From the NCBI GenBank assembly GCA_002633005.1, contig NMRA01000741.1:1-64000 (forward strand): DNA of 64,000 nt, written 5' to 3'. This document shows positions 23,551 through 35,349 of the stretch, piece by piece. The DNA is from Phoronis australis (Eukaryota; Animalia; Phoronida). The notes under the pieces are model-generated. The model had not been told where the DNA came from. It ran no database searches and saw only the letters and a list, made by a program, of their open reading frames with translations. Each line of letters starts with the position of its first letter. Within the stretch, counting starts at the first letter, position 1. The position numbers were made by a program, and so were the translations under genes.

Positions 23551-26500
23551 CTTAGAATTATGTGGGTATTAGGTTTAGTGACGAGTAAAAAAGTAAAACC
23601 CTATTAGGTAATAGCGGGCGACCAGCGGGAGCGCCGCCTAAGAGCTATAGGTGAAATAACAGGACAAGTGACCACGTAGGTGTAGACATCTTGTTCAGTT
23701 GTAACTATGAAAAATGGCGGAGACCACTGGAAGCCGCATTAACAATATTGCCTAGTTAACAAAAACATTACATTATGTTATCCTTAAGTTCCTCAAGCAT
23801 GGAGGTAGGCTGGTCGAGCAGCGGCGGTGAAATAGAATCATCCCTTGTGACTGTGGGCCTGTAGAAGGTTCCAAAGTACGACCTTTTTGTCGCAGTTTGT
23901 CACAAAATTCAAACATGAATTTTTGACGGCTGTAACCATTAGTCAGATAGTTGAAAATTCTCGCTTCGATATTCCTTTCGAATTTTGAGTCACAGCACAT
24001 GAAGTTTATCGTCGACAGTCATCGAAAACATTCGTATGCATAGGTTCGCGTTAAGAAACAACCTAATTAGACTGTGTTCGAGTCGTTTTTTGTGAAAAAT
24101 CGAGCGATCCCTCCATTTTGGTAAGCTAGTCTAACAAGGTCTCGATCATACTCACGCAACATTCGCCTTTAACTCGCGTGATTTTAAGTGATCTCGCTCT
24201 TCTCGCAAGAAACGTAGTCTACGGAACGCTACCCAATTTTTGCTACCAAATTTACCTTGCTGCTGCCACTCATTCCCTGGTTGGTGTTCTTGTAGCCGTG
24301 TTAAGTCCGGGATGCCTCACCCTGGACTCTACGGGTGGTGAGGAAAATACGATAAATCCGTGTGATTTGTAACACTGGAAGGGCATTGATCACCCACATT
24401 TTCGTGTTTAAATCAGAGTTGTAACGGCTTATTTCTATAACCTTGAAGTTTTCAGAGGAGCATGACATCTTTAACGCTCAATCCGACGACACCGATTTCA
24501 TTTATACGCTGTGCACTTCAGTCCATCTAATACGTCCACACAGACTTGGCATTTGCTCAAACTTGTCGTCTTCAAAAAGCAAAAGCAGAAATAAAGTTAC
24601 AAATACTTTGCATAAATAGCGAGTTTTATTCAAAACTGACCTCCAAATGGCATAAAAGAAATAGCAACAAGGATCAAAATTATAAGATTTTCATCGCATG
24701 GGCCACTCGTTTTCAATCTGAATTAAAACGCCCACTGCTATAATTTCGTCTGCCATAGTTTACAATTGGCCAGTTGGGCCTGAAATTCAAACCAATCCAA
24801 AAGCCCCCCCTCCCGTTCAATGATCAAAGGAATCAATACCACTTTGAAAATAGCTAAGCTTTCGTCAATCCTTTGGTTATTTTTTCGTTTTATAGCACGT
24901 TCTACTTTTCTTCGCCCACATGGTCAATGCAATTGAAGTAAACGTCATTATGGATATTGTTAGATGCTCTTTTGGGTCCGGTTGTTGGTCGATGTTCTTA
25001 TGTTGAAAATATCATTATCTCTTTTGTTGATATTACTTTTGTTGTTGTAGTGGTTGTTGTTGTTATTTTTGTTGTTTTTGTTGAAGGGACTATGACCAGG
25101 GCCTGATAGTCTCTCTACTCGAACTGGAACTCGAAATTATTTTTTTGCATTTTGCGGTCTGCTTTTGCAAGAACTCAAGATAGTTGTTTGTTATTCTGTA
25201 CTCTAGTACATCATGGTTTATGTAAGTGCGTTTCTAGTCCAAGTTCGCATTTGATGACCCATAGGAGCTAAAAAAATGAAGTAAACACTCGAGGTTTCTG
25301 GTGAAAATTCGAAATTTCGAGGTCAGTCTTAATGATGGGATTATTAAATGTAAACTAGGATTGGACAGTCATCCAGCATAATCAATTAGGTACTCTCAGA
25401 CTAGCATAAAATAATGGGGACTAATCTTGAGCTCGCACAAAAGTAGAATAGAAAACTCCAAAAAAAAATCACACTTGGTCTCAATAAAAATATTAAGACA
25501 CGGGACCCAGGTAAAACGAAATTTAATGCGATTACGTCCTTTATTTTCATTTCCAAATACAGATTCGGAATGAGGTTACCCAACAGTGTTCTAGAAACCG
25601 AACTTTAAGTGCGTCAGCGGTCGATGGTAACTTAATTATACTGTTGCCGGAAAACAACCCTAAAACATGGTTAAGTTTTAAGTGAATCTATTGGGTATAG
25701 TCGAAAAAGTACCTCACTCACTCTGACTAGTCCCTCGTGACTGTGGCACGGTTCCACAGAGCCAATGAAAATTTGAACACGCCTTTTGCCAAGCAGAAGT
25801 CGGTCCGTTATCTGGTCAGCAGTTGTGCGCAAAATATACCATGTCTTGATAACCAAAAACCACCAACTTTCTTTTAGCGAAAATCCAGCGTTAGCAAAAT
25901 GATATCAAATCATGTTTTAGGTTCAGTAGGTGTCACTCTGAATCCTCATATGTTTTAAGCACATTTGTAGGCTGTTAATTTGGCATGCGTGATTCACGCC
26001 TTGGCCTCTGTGGAATGATCAGTCATACTCTCGAACCCAGGTGATACAGCGAAGAAACCTATAACGTGAAAATTTTATCCCAGTCTGTGGGGATAAAACA
26101 GTTGTGCCTTAGCAGGGGATAGAACCAGATTTGAGTGAAATGACCGAAACAGGGCTGAGTGTCCGTTCCAAGTTCTATGCAGCGCTAAAAAATCGAGCCG
26201 AGGGCATAAATTTTAATTTGAAATAAACCAAGTTAGTAGGTCCACACGTGTTTTGCGTAATAATCATAGCTTGGTCGACGTATAAAGGGGTTGCACTCCA
26301 TTGCATGACTCAGAAGAATAGTTACTCAGAGCTCATGTTTTATATACCTGAACTCAGAGTGCTCTGTGCGTGGCTTTAACTGAGTTCTAGAGGTCGTAAC
26401 CAAGATGTTTATTAATTAGATTTCTTAAAACTATATACGTTTACGTGCGAAGAAATCTTGGTAATCAAAGTTTCACTTCAGTTTTCCAGTTCGTCAGTTG

Positions 26501-26933
26501 TTAGTTGTCTTCATTCTCGCGCAATTGGGCATCAATGCCCATTGGTCTAGTCACATCGTCAGATCGTCTGGTCTGTCGTCTGGTCTGTCGTCTGCCCGAC
26601 GACTGCTTTGCGACACCCCTGCACATACGGTTTCCACTTCGTGAACTTTACAGTCTACTGTGATAACCAGGCCCAAGAAGATTAATGCTGCAGTCTCTCA
26701 TCTGCATTTTTCGTTCGATTAGTAGTATTAACGATGGCTTAAGTTTCATTTGTCATAAGAAGCGTGCTTTGCAGTCCTTCCGTAGAATACGATTTTGTTA
26801 CTCCTGGAACCGTGAGGAACGACATCAGTGCTAGAAAGGAAATGATCAACTGCGTGGTTTACACAAAATACGCAGTTTATTGTTGCACCTTTCCATACCT
26901 GTACCAACACTCTCTTTGTATGTGTTAGGTTCC

Positions 26934-27353
26934 TTATGTTACCATCTCCCCGTACGTCTCAATATCTACTATCTGGTTGGCCGCGCTCGGTTGGTTACCG
27001 CCGTGATGGCCGTGTTGCGAAGACTGTTGGGTGCTGTGCGCATGCGGTGGCAAGTCGGTGCCATTTGTCCCCGACACTACAAACGGACTCGTCCTTCGTT
27101 TATGCGTTTTTGCCAGATGCTTCGTTTTGGTTTTCCTTCGCGATCTGTTGCCCCTTTTCCGGCAATAGTGCTTCACTTTCACAATTCCGTACAAACAACA
27201 TGGGCAAATGAAGAAAACAACAAAAAGTGGAAAGGCGATCCACATTACAACATTGTGTTTATCTGAGAAAAAATCGTGAAATTCCTTTTCTAACTTTTCC
27301 GTTGCATTGAACAAAGCTTCATGGTGCGTGGCTATTGACGGTTTCCCCGCCAT
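26934..27353 (-). CDS. putative small single-pass membrane protein (139 aa), orphan
   Basis: ATG in good context (gaaATGG). N-glycosylation sequon NAT, hydrophobic helix VVMWIAFPLFVVFFICPCCLYGIV, Cys cluster, then a strongly basic juxtamembrane stretch. No homologue recognised. Confidence 0.5.
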   Translation of the reverse strand: MAGKPSIATHHEALFNATEKLEKEFHDFFSDKHNVVMWIAFPLFVVFFICPCCLYGIVKVKHYCRKRGNRSRRKTKTKHLAKTHKRRTSPFVVSGTNGTDLPPHAHSTQQSSQHGHHGGNQPSAANQIVDIETYGEMVT

Positions 27354-28149
27354 TTCGTCGAGTCCATTCACGTAAATATTTCAATCAAATATTCTATTCT
27401 CCGTCTTTTTATTGGCCGTTTTTCTCCTCTTGTGAACTTTTTCAGTTTTGGAATTCATTTTTCCAAGAGTTGTCTGGTGTAACGTTCCGATTGCATGAGT
27501 CAGCGTGGACCGATTATTCACCACACATCACATTTCACTATGATGAAAGTTCAGGAGCTCTCAGCAATATGGGTGTATTTGTCCTCATTCCCGAAAAATA
27601 GCACTTCAAAGCTCTTGAACTGTTAACATCTGCTATCCTGCACCAAATAATTGTCTTACATAAATGTTTATAAACACGTATCTTACAAATAATGACTTGC
27701 CTTTAAACATTAAATCATCGCCGCTCTAATGATCATAGCTCTGAAACGGAACCCGCCAGGGTAATTATCGACAATAGACCAGGCGGTTGTGAACGATGTC
27801 TCCCTAATGATCGTTATGAAAACGACATCAAAACAAAAACGGAAAAATTGTAACCATGGAAACAACATTAGACACGTGAGTAAGTGAGAAGACGCGAGTA
27901 GGGTAATGTCGTTCTGTGTAGGTTAAGTGGATTCGATGTCGATGATGATGATAAATGAATTTCGTGAGCTAAAAATTCTACTGGGACGTGTTATAGATTT
28001 TACTGACCTTGCGCAGCACTTTTTCAATAACCTGAGTGTCCAACTTCGTATCGAATTGTATATTTTCAACTAAATTTTCACATTATCTCCGACCCGTGAC
28101 AAAGTAAAATGTGTATATTTTGAAACAGTCTGAAATGTAGTAAAACCAT

Positions 28150-28599
28150 TTAAAATCTGAATTGGACATCATATGTGAACCGTGGCATGTCGCAGGAATG
28201 TGAAGAAAAGTGACGAATTTTGTACTTCCATACTTTTCGGCGATTCGGTTCTTTCGGAAGCGCGGATTTTCTAAACATTTGTCGTATTCTTGCTAGGAAA
28301 CCTTGTTTACGTTTCAAAGTTTTATTTCTATTTTTCCCTGTGCGCAGATTGTTCTGCCAAATTTGATCTATTCTCCTCATTTTGTAGAATTGCACATTAT
28401 CTTTTCCACGCAACATTGTGTCCATCGGAAGATCCCTGTCTACGGATTGTGGTCGAGTCCATCTCTCCTCCTTGACGTCCAAAAGGGGGGACAGTGATCT
28501 TGTTCTTGTTGGCGTTGGTGTAGTCTTCGAACACTTGCATGTGTTCAGTGTGCACGGAATCTCGACATCAACCTCTTCAAATACGAGACTGAGAGCCAT
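28150..28599 (-). CDS. putative 149-aa basic orphan protein
   Basis: Uninterrupted 450-nt ORF with ATG in good context (gtcATGG) in AT-rich DNA; no recognisable domain. Confidence 0.3.
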   Translation of the reverse strand: MALSLVFEEVDVEIPCTLNTCKCSKTTPTPTRTRSLSPLLDVKEERWTRPQSVDRDLPMDTMLRGKDNVQFYKMRRIDQIWQNNLRTGKNRNKTLKRKQGFLARIRQMFRKSALPKEPNRRKVWKYKIRHFSSHSCDMPRFTYDVQFRF

Positions 28600-29526
28600 G
28601 ACAGTAGATAGAAAATTAAAACCTACTTTGCCGGTGATGATATTGAAGTTGCTGGTTTCATCGTTGGGTATGACGTAACGTAGTCGTGCAGCAAAGAGAT
28701 GATGTCACTCAAACTTGAGTTCTCACAATTAAACGCAACAACGTTTTGATCAATTGTCGTCGTCAGATAGACACAAATGCATTCTGCATACAAGTCTGTA
28801 GCGTGATGAGACCCCAAAAAAATGTCTTTCGCTTGGCCCAGTTTCTCATACTGCCGTGCAATAGGAGCCTACGAGCCGATTTAAAGCAAATGAAATGTTA
28901 TTTCTTTCATTCACTGACAGTTTGAGACCTTGGATATTTTTCAGTGAGCCGTGTGAATTTCCCACGGCACGACAGTGGCAATTTGATGGCCACTTGCTGG
29001 TCGCAAAGGAAAATACCCCACTGCATTAAATCCGTAACCTATCGCCATCTAGAGGCAACGTGTATTTTATGTCGCCGTCGTAACATCGAAATATGACTAG
29101 TGGCCCATTTTCGAGTCGGGTTTCGAGTACAGAGATTCGTCCTCAAGACCAATGGACTTGATGAGATTTTGACGTTCGCAGAAAATGACAACTCAATTAG
29201 CGGAAGATTTGATAGATTTTGCTGGTGTTCCCTGTGATGCATAAAAATCGTTTTCCGAGTAAAACACACTGGTGGCGCATTGAGAAATGTTCCATCCACT
29301 TCAGATTATTTTAAACATGGCTTAACGTTTGATTCGTATTACATACGTGTACTTCAGCACTGGAAGATTTACTTAAGTGGGGAAAACAGTAACGTCAGTT
29401 ACCCTCTCCTCGGCCGACGTTAGTTGCTTCTCGGCGCCCCTCCCAGGCACCAGCCACAAGTTTCACCCACCAACGAATCGCCACCAGTTCCCCGGTCGCC
29501 AACAAGTTTACCCCTTCCTAGTTGTT

Positions 29527-31200
29527 CAGTGGCGGATCTACGGGGGGGTTCAGGGGGTTTAAACCCCCCCTCGGGCCAGGACCCAAAAAATAAAAAACAA
29601 AGAAAACAAAAACGTCTCCAGCAAAACAAAAACGGCACCGTCAGCGTGTGTAAACCCCAAGTAAACCAACTTGGAAAAAATGAGTGGGGGGATGCACTCT
29701 GAAAATGTATTCTTTTTGCATTGTGAATTGATGTCACGAAAATCAACGCATTTCGAGTTTTCGTGGCTCATCGGCAAATCCCCGGAGATCAATTGTGCGC
29801 GCGCTTTCGTCGACACTTCTGAAGTAGCCAAGCATTTTAGATGGATCCACCGCTGAAAGAGCAGCTCTATAGCTGATTTCTTTGGGTAACTAGTTTCTTT
29901 ACTCTAAGATATGTTTTGATTTGAATAGGGGAAATACTGTGGTGCCGCAACCCTGAGGCGAATTGACGTGCGACGTTTTTACCTCATCTGTCATCCTATT
30001 ACACTCCACACGTTTGTAACTCGAATTTGACTGGTGTATAGAAACGTTGTCTTGCGCAGTATCATACAGTGTACATGTACATGTAATACTTTTGAAAAAA
30101 AAACTCGTTTTCCGAAGAATTGCTATTGTGGCAGGCGCCGTGGTATGGTCGCCAGTCTGTTTAAAGATGCACTCTAACAAGTTATGCCTATAGAGCTGGA
30201 ATGACCAAAGGGGCACTCACATTGACAAAGTGACCGCATTTGCTAACAGTGTACAGTACCAGAAATTGCGGGAGGCTGTATTTTCACAGTAAAGTCTTGC
30301 AGGACTCGTGCGATCTTCAATAGGCCTCCTAAGGATATCTAGTGCCGACCTCAACACCTACCGTCTTTCTACCTGCAATAAGCACCACTGCCGTTTTCTA
30401 TACTGGGAATTTCCGCATAAAGGCCCACCCGACGAAACGCCCATGCCCACGGGCATTTATTTGATGTTAGTACTTCGGGTTTCAAGCGTTCAGACATTGG
30501 GACGTTTATTTCGAAAATTGCAAGAGATGCAAATGGGTCGTGGGATACATCGTCAAGGCGTGAAGTAGTTCATGATGAACGGATCAAATTTAGTTGCGCA
30601 TGCTGTAAGTCTTTTGAATGGACCTGGTAACCTCAGGGGGCTTGGTGCCAACTGAGCTGCAAAACGAGATGCTGACATTGTAGAGGCGTACAAGCTCATT
30701 GACACAGCAGTTGACGAAGTGCAAGTGTTGGGAACAAACGTCGAAGATGTCTGGGTAGAATGGTTCCAAGAGGAGCAAACCATTGGATCCGATGTACAGA
30801 TTCCTCGACAGTCTAGACAACAGAAAGATAGGACCAACGTTCCTGGAGAAACACCCAGGTAATAAGTTATAATACTACACAATTTGTAATAATGTCGGTT
30901 TTTTATGGTTTTGTACAATGAAAACGAAATAGAAATTATTTTTGGACATGCCGAAATAGAAATTATTTTTGGACATGCCAAATTTACCCAGTACAGTAGA
31001 GGGTCTACGAGCGCACAGAAACTGATTCTGGTTTGTATTTCTACTTGAGTCTATCTGCTTCATATCCAAAATCTATTTCACGTAGTTAAATCTGTACTCA
31101 ATACTTGTTTCTTCCGGCATTTATGATGTAGCAATTGACTATTACTCTCAATCTTTACAGATGGGAAAAAGAATTCGAGACGGCCAAGATCGCCGCACCA
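29527..31200 (+). mobile_element. decayed hAT (Tip100/THAP12-like) transposon, left end plus transposase fragment
   Basis: Terminus CAGTGGCGGATCTACGGGGGGG. 30610-30858 reads ...KRDADIVEAYKLIDTAVDEV...IPRQSRQQKDRTNVPGETP, the PR..RQ..R.N motif of THAP12/ZMYM1-type transposases, with stops. Confidence 0.7.
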
Positions 31201-31240
31201 CTTTGACTACTGTAGATAAACTTGTTAGTCTTTCTTTCAG

Positions 31241-31352
31241 AGTTAATGATATTGACAACGCGCTGAAGTACTTTCAACGATCTCTAGGCATTACACGGCA
31301 ACTGTGGGGTAAAGACCACCCACACGACCACAATGTCAAACTTGTGAGATAG
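31241..31352 (+). pseudogene. isolated exon-like fragment encoding a TPR repeat
   Basis: Acceptor tctttctttcag| then VNDIDNALKYFQRSLGITRQLWGKDHPH...*, typical of kinesin-light-chain/NPHP3-type TPR (AL.Y.QR.L.I.....G.DHP). Confidence 0.45.
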
Positions 31353-31489
31353 AGAGGATGAGATTTTAGTTTATTCCTACTTTTATCTTTCAAAATTGAA
31401 GCCAATGATACATTGGCAGAACAAGAATTAGTTGAAATCATCAAAACCTAGAACCGGTGCAGTATCCTTTTAAATCAGTGTAATGTGAC

Positions 31490-31640
31490 CAGCGGCGGAT
31501 TTAGAGAGGGGTCATGCCCCCCCCTAATATTCTCCCAAATTCTGTTTGGCAGTTTTGGGGTGCCAACGTCTGACGGGCAAAATCCTGGCTTATACTCTGC
31601 CCTGCCTCCCCCATAACTCAAAATCCTGGATCTACCCCTG
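31490..31640. mobile_element. small hAT-type MITE
   Basis: CAGCGGCGGATTTAG ... CTGGATCTACCCCTG; flanks GTGAC / GCGAC (5-bp TSD with one mismatch). Confidence 0.7.
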
Positions 31641-34600
31641 GCGACCCTTCAACTTTTGTCTATGGTGGAAATCAAGTGCTACCGATGGTGTTCGTCGGGC
31701 CAAGGGAAACTCTAAGATAAAGTGTATAATTTCGTGATTTCCAGTTTATGTCGTATTTGGGAATGAAATATACTTTCAACATTTAATGCCATCTTCCAAG
31801 AACAGTGAACGACATCTGTAGTAACTGTCATGTCCTCCATCTCAACGTGTAGGACAAATGTCTATGCCGAATATCAAATCTTCGGGATTTTTTTTACAGT
31901 TGTACTCGTGTATGCACGATCTCATTTTTGGAAACACGTGTAGTGCATTTACTTTTTAGTAGTTTGCTTTTAAACGACTATTCATGGTCCGGCTTCAATT
32001 TCGTTTGAGTGAATCTGCTTTAGCTACATTACAAACATTGGGATTTCCGTTTTCAATATAGGCCTAAGATTTTATTAAAACTTCATACAATTTTAAAACG
32101 AAACGGAATGCGCTGTGGTGGAGAACGATTAAACTATGTTTTTGCGGCGGAGATGTTTTTGTTCAATTTGTCAGAGTCCTTTATTACCTGAAATTACGTC
32201 GTGTGAAGGAACGAAGCAGAGCTGTAGAATGAGTAGCACTGGACAGTTCTGTGATGCATCTGAAGGCCCTTAAAAGAGAGTCTGGTACCGGCGATAGTCG
32301 CATACCGTGAATAATACGCTTACAAGGAAGTCACGCATTTCTAAAGAAATGCGGTAATTTTCACCGCTCGTCCTTCTGAGCGGCTTGTATCAGGATCAAA
32401 GAGAGCGCGGCGCCGGAATCAGGTACAGTTGTGGTGACCGCATTGCCCGATGCGAGCAGGACCCAATTAAATGTAATTATCCGACCATAAACTGTACATA
32501 ACGGCGAATTTTCAAGATGGATTAACCACTAATTTTCGTTATAAACGAACTCCACGGCGGTATTCAGCTGAAAAAACAACCAAGTACGGTGAACTAAAAA
32601 TCTAAAAACTACCACCATTGGGTACGATTGAAGATAAACTACCGCGCGTATTGATATACTCGGTGGATATACAAACGCTGACCAGACTTAACAATATCAC
32701 ATGGATTCATTTTTTGATATTCTTTCAATCTCGTTTAACCAGATTTTTGACCAGCAAACAGTTGTTGTGCCCACTTTTCATTTTTTATAACTGACAAAGA
32801 GCTAGAATAGTTATATAGTCAGTGCCACCGAAATTGTCCAGAGATTCCAAATCTTCAGTTCGATTATTACCATATTTGCACTTTTGTATGTATTTATGAT
32901 TTGAGTTCTAATAAAGATTAAACTTTAATGACACGTGAAATGTTTAGTGTACCTGCAATGTGGTAAGTTTAGGGATGGGCTCTCAATGAACTTAACTAAT
33001 TAACTTTAGCTGGCGATCAAATTCCACCACTGTTTTGGTACTTCAAGTTCAAAACTTAGATAAAAAGTTATCAACCCGTTCCCGGTAAGAAAAAAAAATT
33101 GGGCAGAAACATTAAAAATTAAATAAAGAAACGCAATATGACATTTATCGTTCCTTTGGGAAGTGGCCCTTTGTGAAGATAAACATAAGTTAACATTTTT
33201 AAGTCATTTTGTAATATTTATGATGTACCAAGTTAAAACTACTCTCCAGAGTTGCAGGCTATAACTCTGCAAATGTCAGAGAAAAACAAACTTGGGGTGC
33301 TAACAACAACCATTGTTGAAACAGTAATGCTAGCAATTACCTTTCCACTTCATTAGCTCAGATCGATCTACTTCAATACAAAGGGCGTGCTGAATAGGCA
33401 TCGTAAAAGTTGTCTGGGGCTTAGGGAATCAGAGCGGTCAACAGTGTAAGCGAGAAATTCTCCACATGCGCGTGCAGAAACATTTTCATGACGGCCCATT
33501 ATCCTTTTTGCATTAGATCACTGGTGGGTCTAGGATGTCGTAGCACTAAGGACGGACGAAGGGGGTGTGACCACAGGTTTCGAAGGTAAACGCAAAGATC
33601 AGACGGAGGCGGCATACCGTCGGCGTTTTCATTTCCACGGATGCTCACGAGAGCGCCGGAAGTCTCCAGGAAGTGAGGTCATATTAGGCAAATTGCACGC
33701 TCAAAACTGGATTTTCACGCAATCAGTGAACGAGAGAGCGTATCCAGCGAAGTTCTCGGCACATTTGACGCCGTCACGCCAGCTGAAGTGAGCTAGTCGC
33801 TATTCATGGACTTGGCTGAACGTATAATTAATGAGATAATTGACGGTCGTTCACCAAGGTGTATGAGTTTCAAAGTCAAGAAACGAACGATTAGTAAGAC
33901 AAATGACTAACATAACTTTTCAAAATTGAAAAATAAATAGTAGCGGTCAGAAAATCGATGCATAATGATGTTAGCGTACTAGGATTTGTCTCATCATACT
34001 AACTTTCCAACTTCCGTAATCCATCATGAATGAAAATTGTTTCTGCAGTGTATATCTCAGACTAATCACCCATACGTATTCATTGCGTCACACACAAAGT
34101 AATTATCAGTTGGAGTTGCGTAAGTTTGTAAAATAGGCCCTCTGAAAATGACAAATGTTGTTTCTCTTTTCTTACGTTTTGTTTAAAGAAGCTGAGTAAT
34201 GATGTATAGGGGAGTGCGTTTCTTGAATATCGGCGACGTCGGAACGCTCATCATAATTGAAAAACACTACTAATTTATTGTGGGTGTTTGTTCTGTCGTT
34301 CAAAAGTCATAACAATTTTTTTATGCGAAATCTTGATTGTAGTTCAAAGCTGACGCGGTTATTGGTGGCAACTAGATCAATTATATTGCGGTTGCAACCC
34401 GCGTTTGAGCAGATGTTTCTACCAAAGTCACGCACGAACATTTTTGCTTTAGTTCTTAAAGACGGTAGATACACTGTATGTTGTTCCACTTTAAAATGTG
34501 TAAACTTTAGCATTTGTCGTTTTTAATCTGAACCACAACTTGAGAAAAAGCGAAGAAATTTGTTTTTGAGTGACTAAGCTTTTTTTAATAAAAAACAAAT

Positions 34601-35349
34601 CTTCCCAAAGAGATATTTTTTCTTGGCGGTTTTTCCAAAAAATGATGTCACATATTTCAAAACATTTCAATAGCCTTCTTCAAGTCACCAATAAACAATT
34701 ACCACCTTAAAGCCCTCACCACCGCTGTTTTCTGTACTTTGTTTTTGAGATTTGGCAAATACACAACATTCAGTCAAAATTCCAATTTCATAGCAAAATA
34801 ACTTAAGTAATAATCAATTCAAATAAAATCCCTGGCACTGATTTTGCATTAGATTTCAATTTTTTATTTCGTAAAAATTGATCAAAAGATAGCTGAGAAA
34901 TAAACGTGGACTCGTATTGCCACTACTGTGAAATAGTGAACTGAACCAATAAACGTGTTTGAAGTTTTGCAATCACCATATGGTAATTTTAGTCAACTTT
35001 CACCGAAATTCTGTACATATAATGGTCCAGTTTTACTGAACGTGGTAAAATGACACCAGAGGGTACTTTCTGTTGCAAAATCGTCAACTTTTCAGTTGGT
35101 GTCATTTGCAACATTTGAGCTATACTAGAGTTTCTTAAAATGTGTGTGGTTCTCAACCGGACCCAACGTCTGCCTGGTCTATTTTGACAAAGGGGCTTTG
35201 TGTGGTATATACAACGACGACTCTCAGCTCTATGTTCCCAAGATCAGACGGCCTCGTAATACCAGAAATGATGATGCCCTGACGGTTGCTCTCAAACAAT
35301 GGGATCCAATTGGGATGTAATGTGGTCCAGAAAGAGAATGTTCCCGCGT

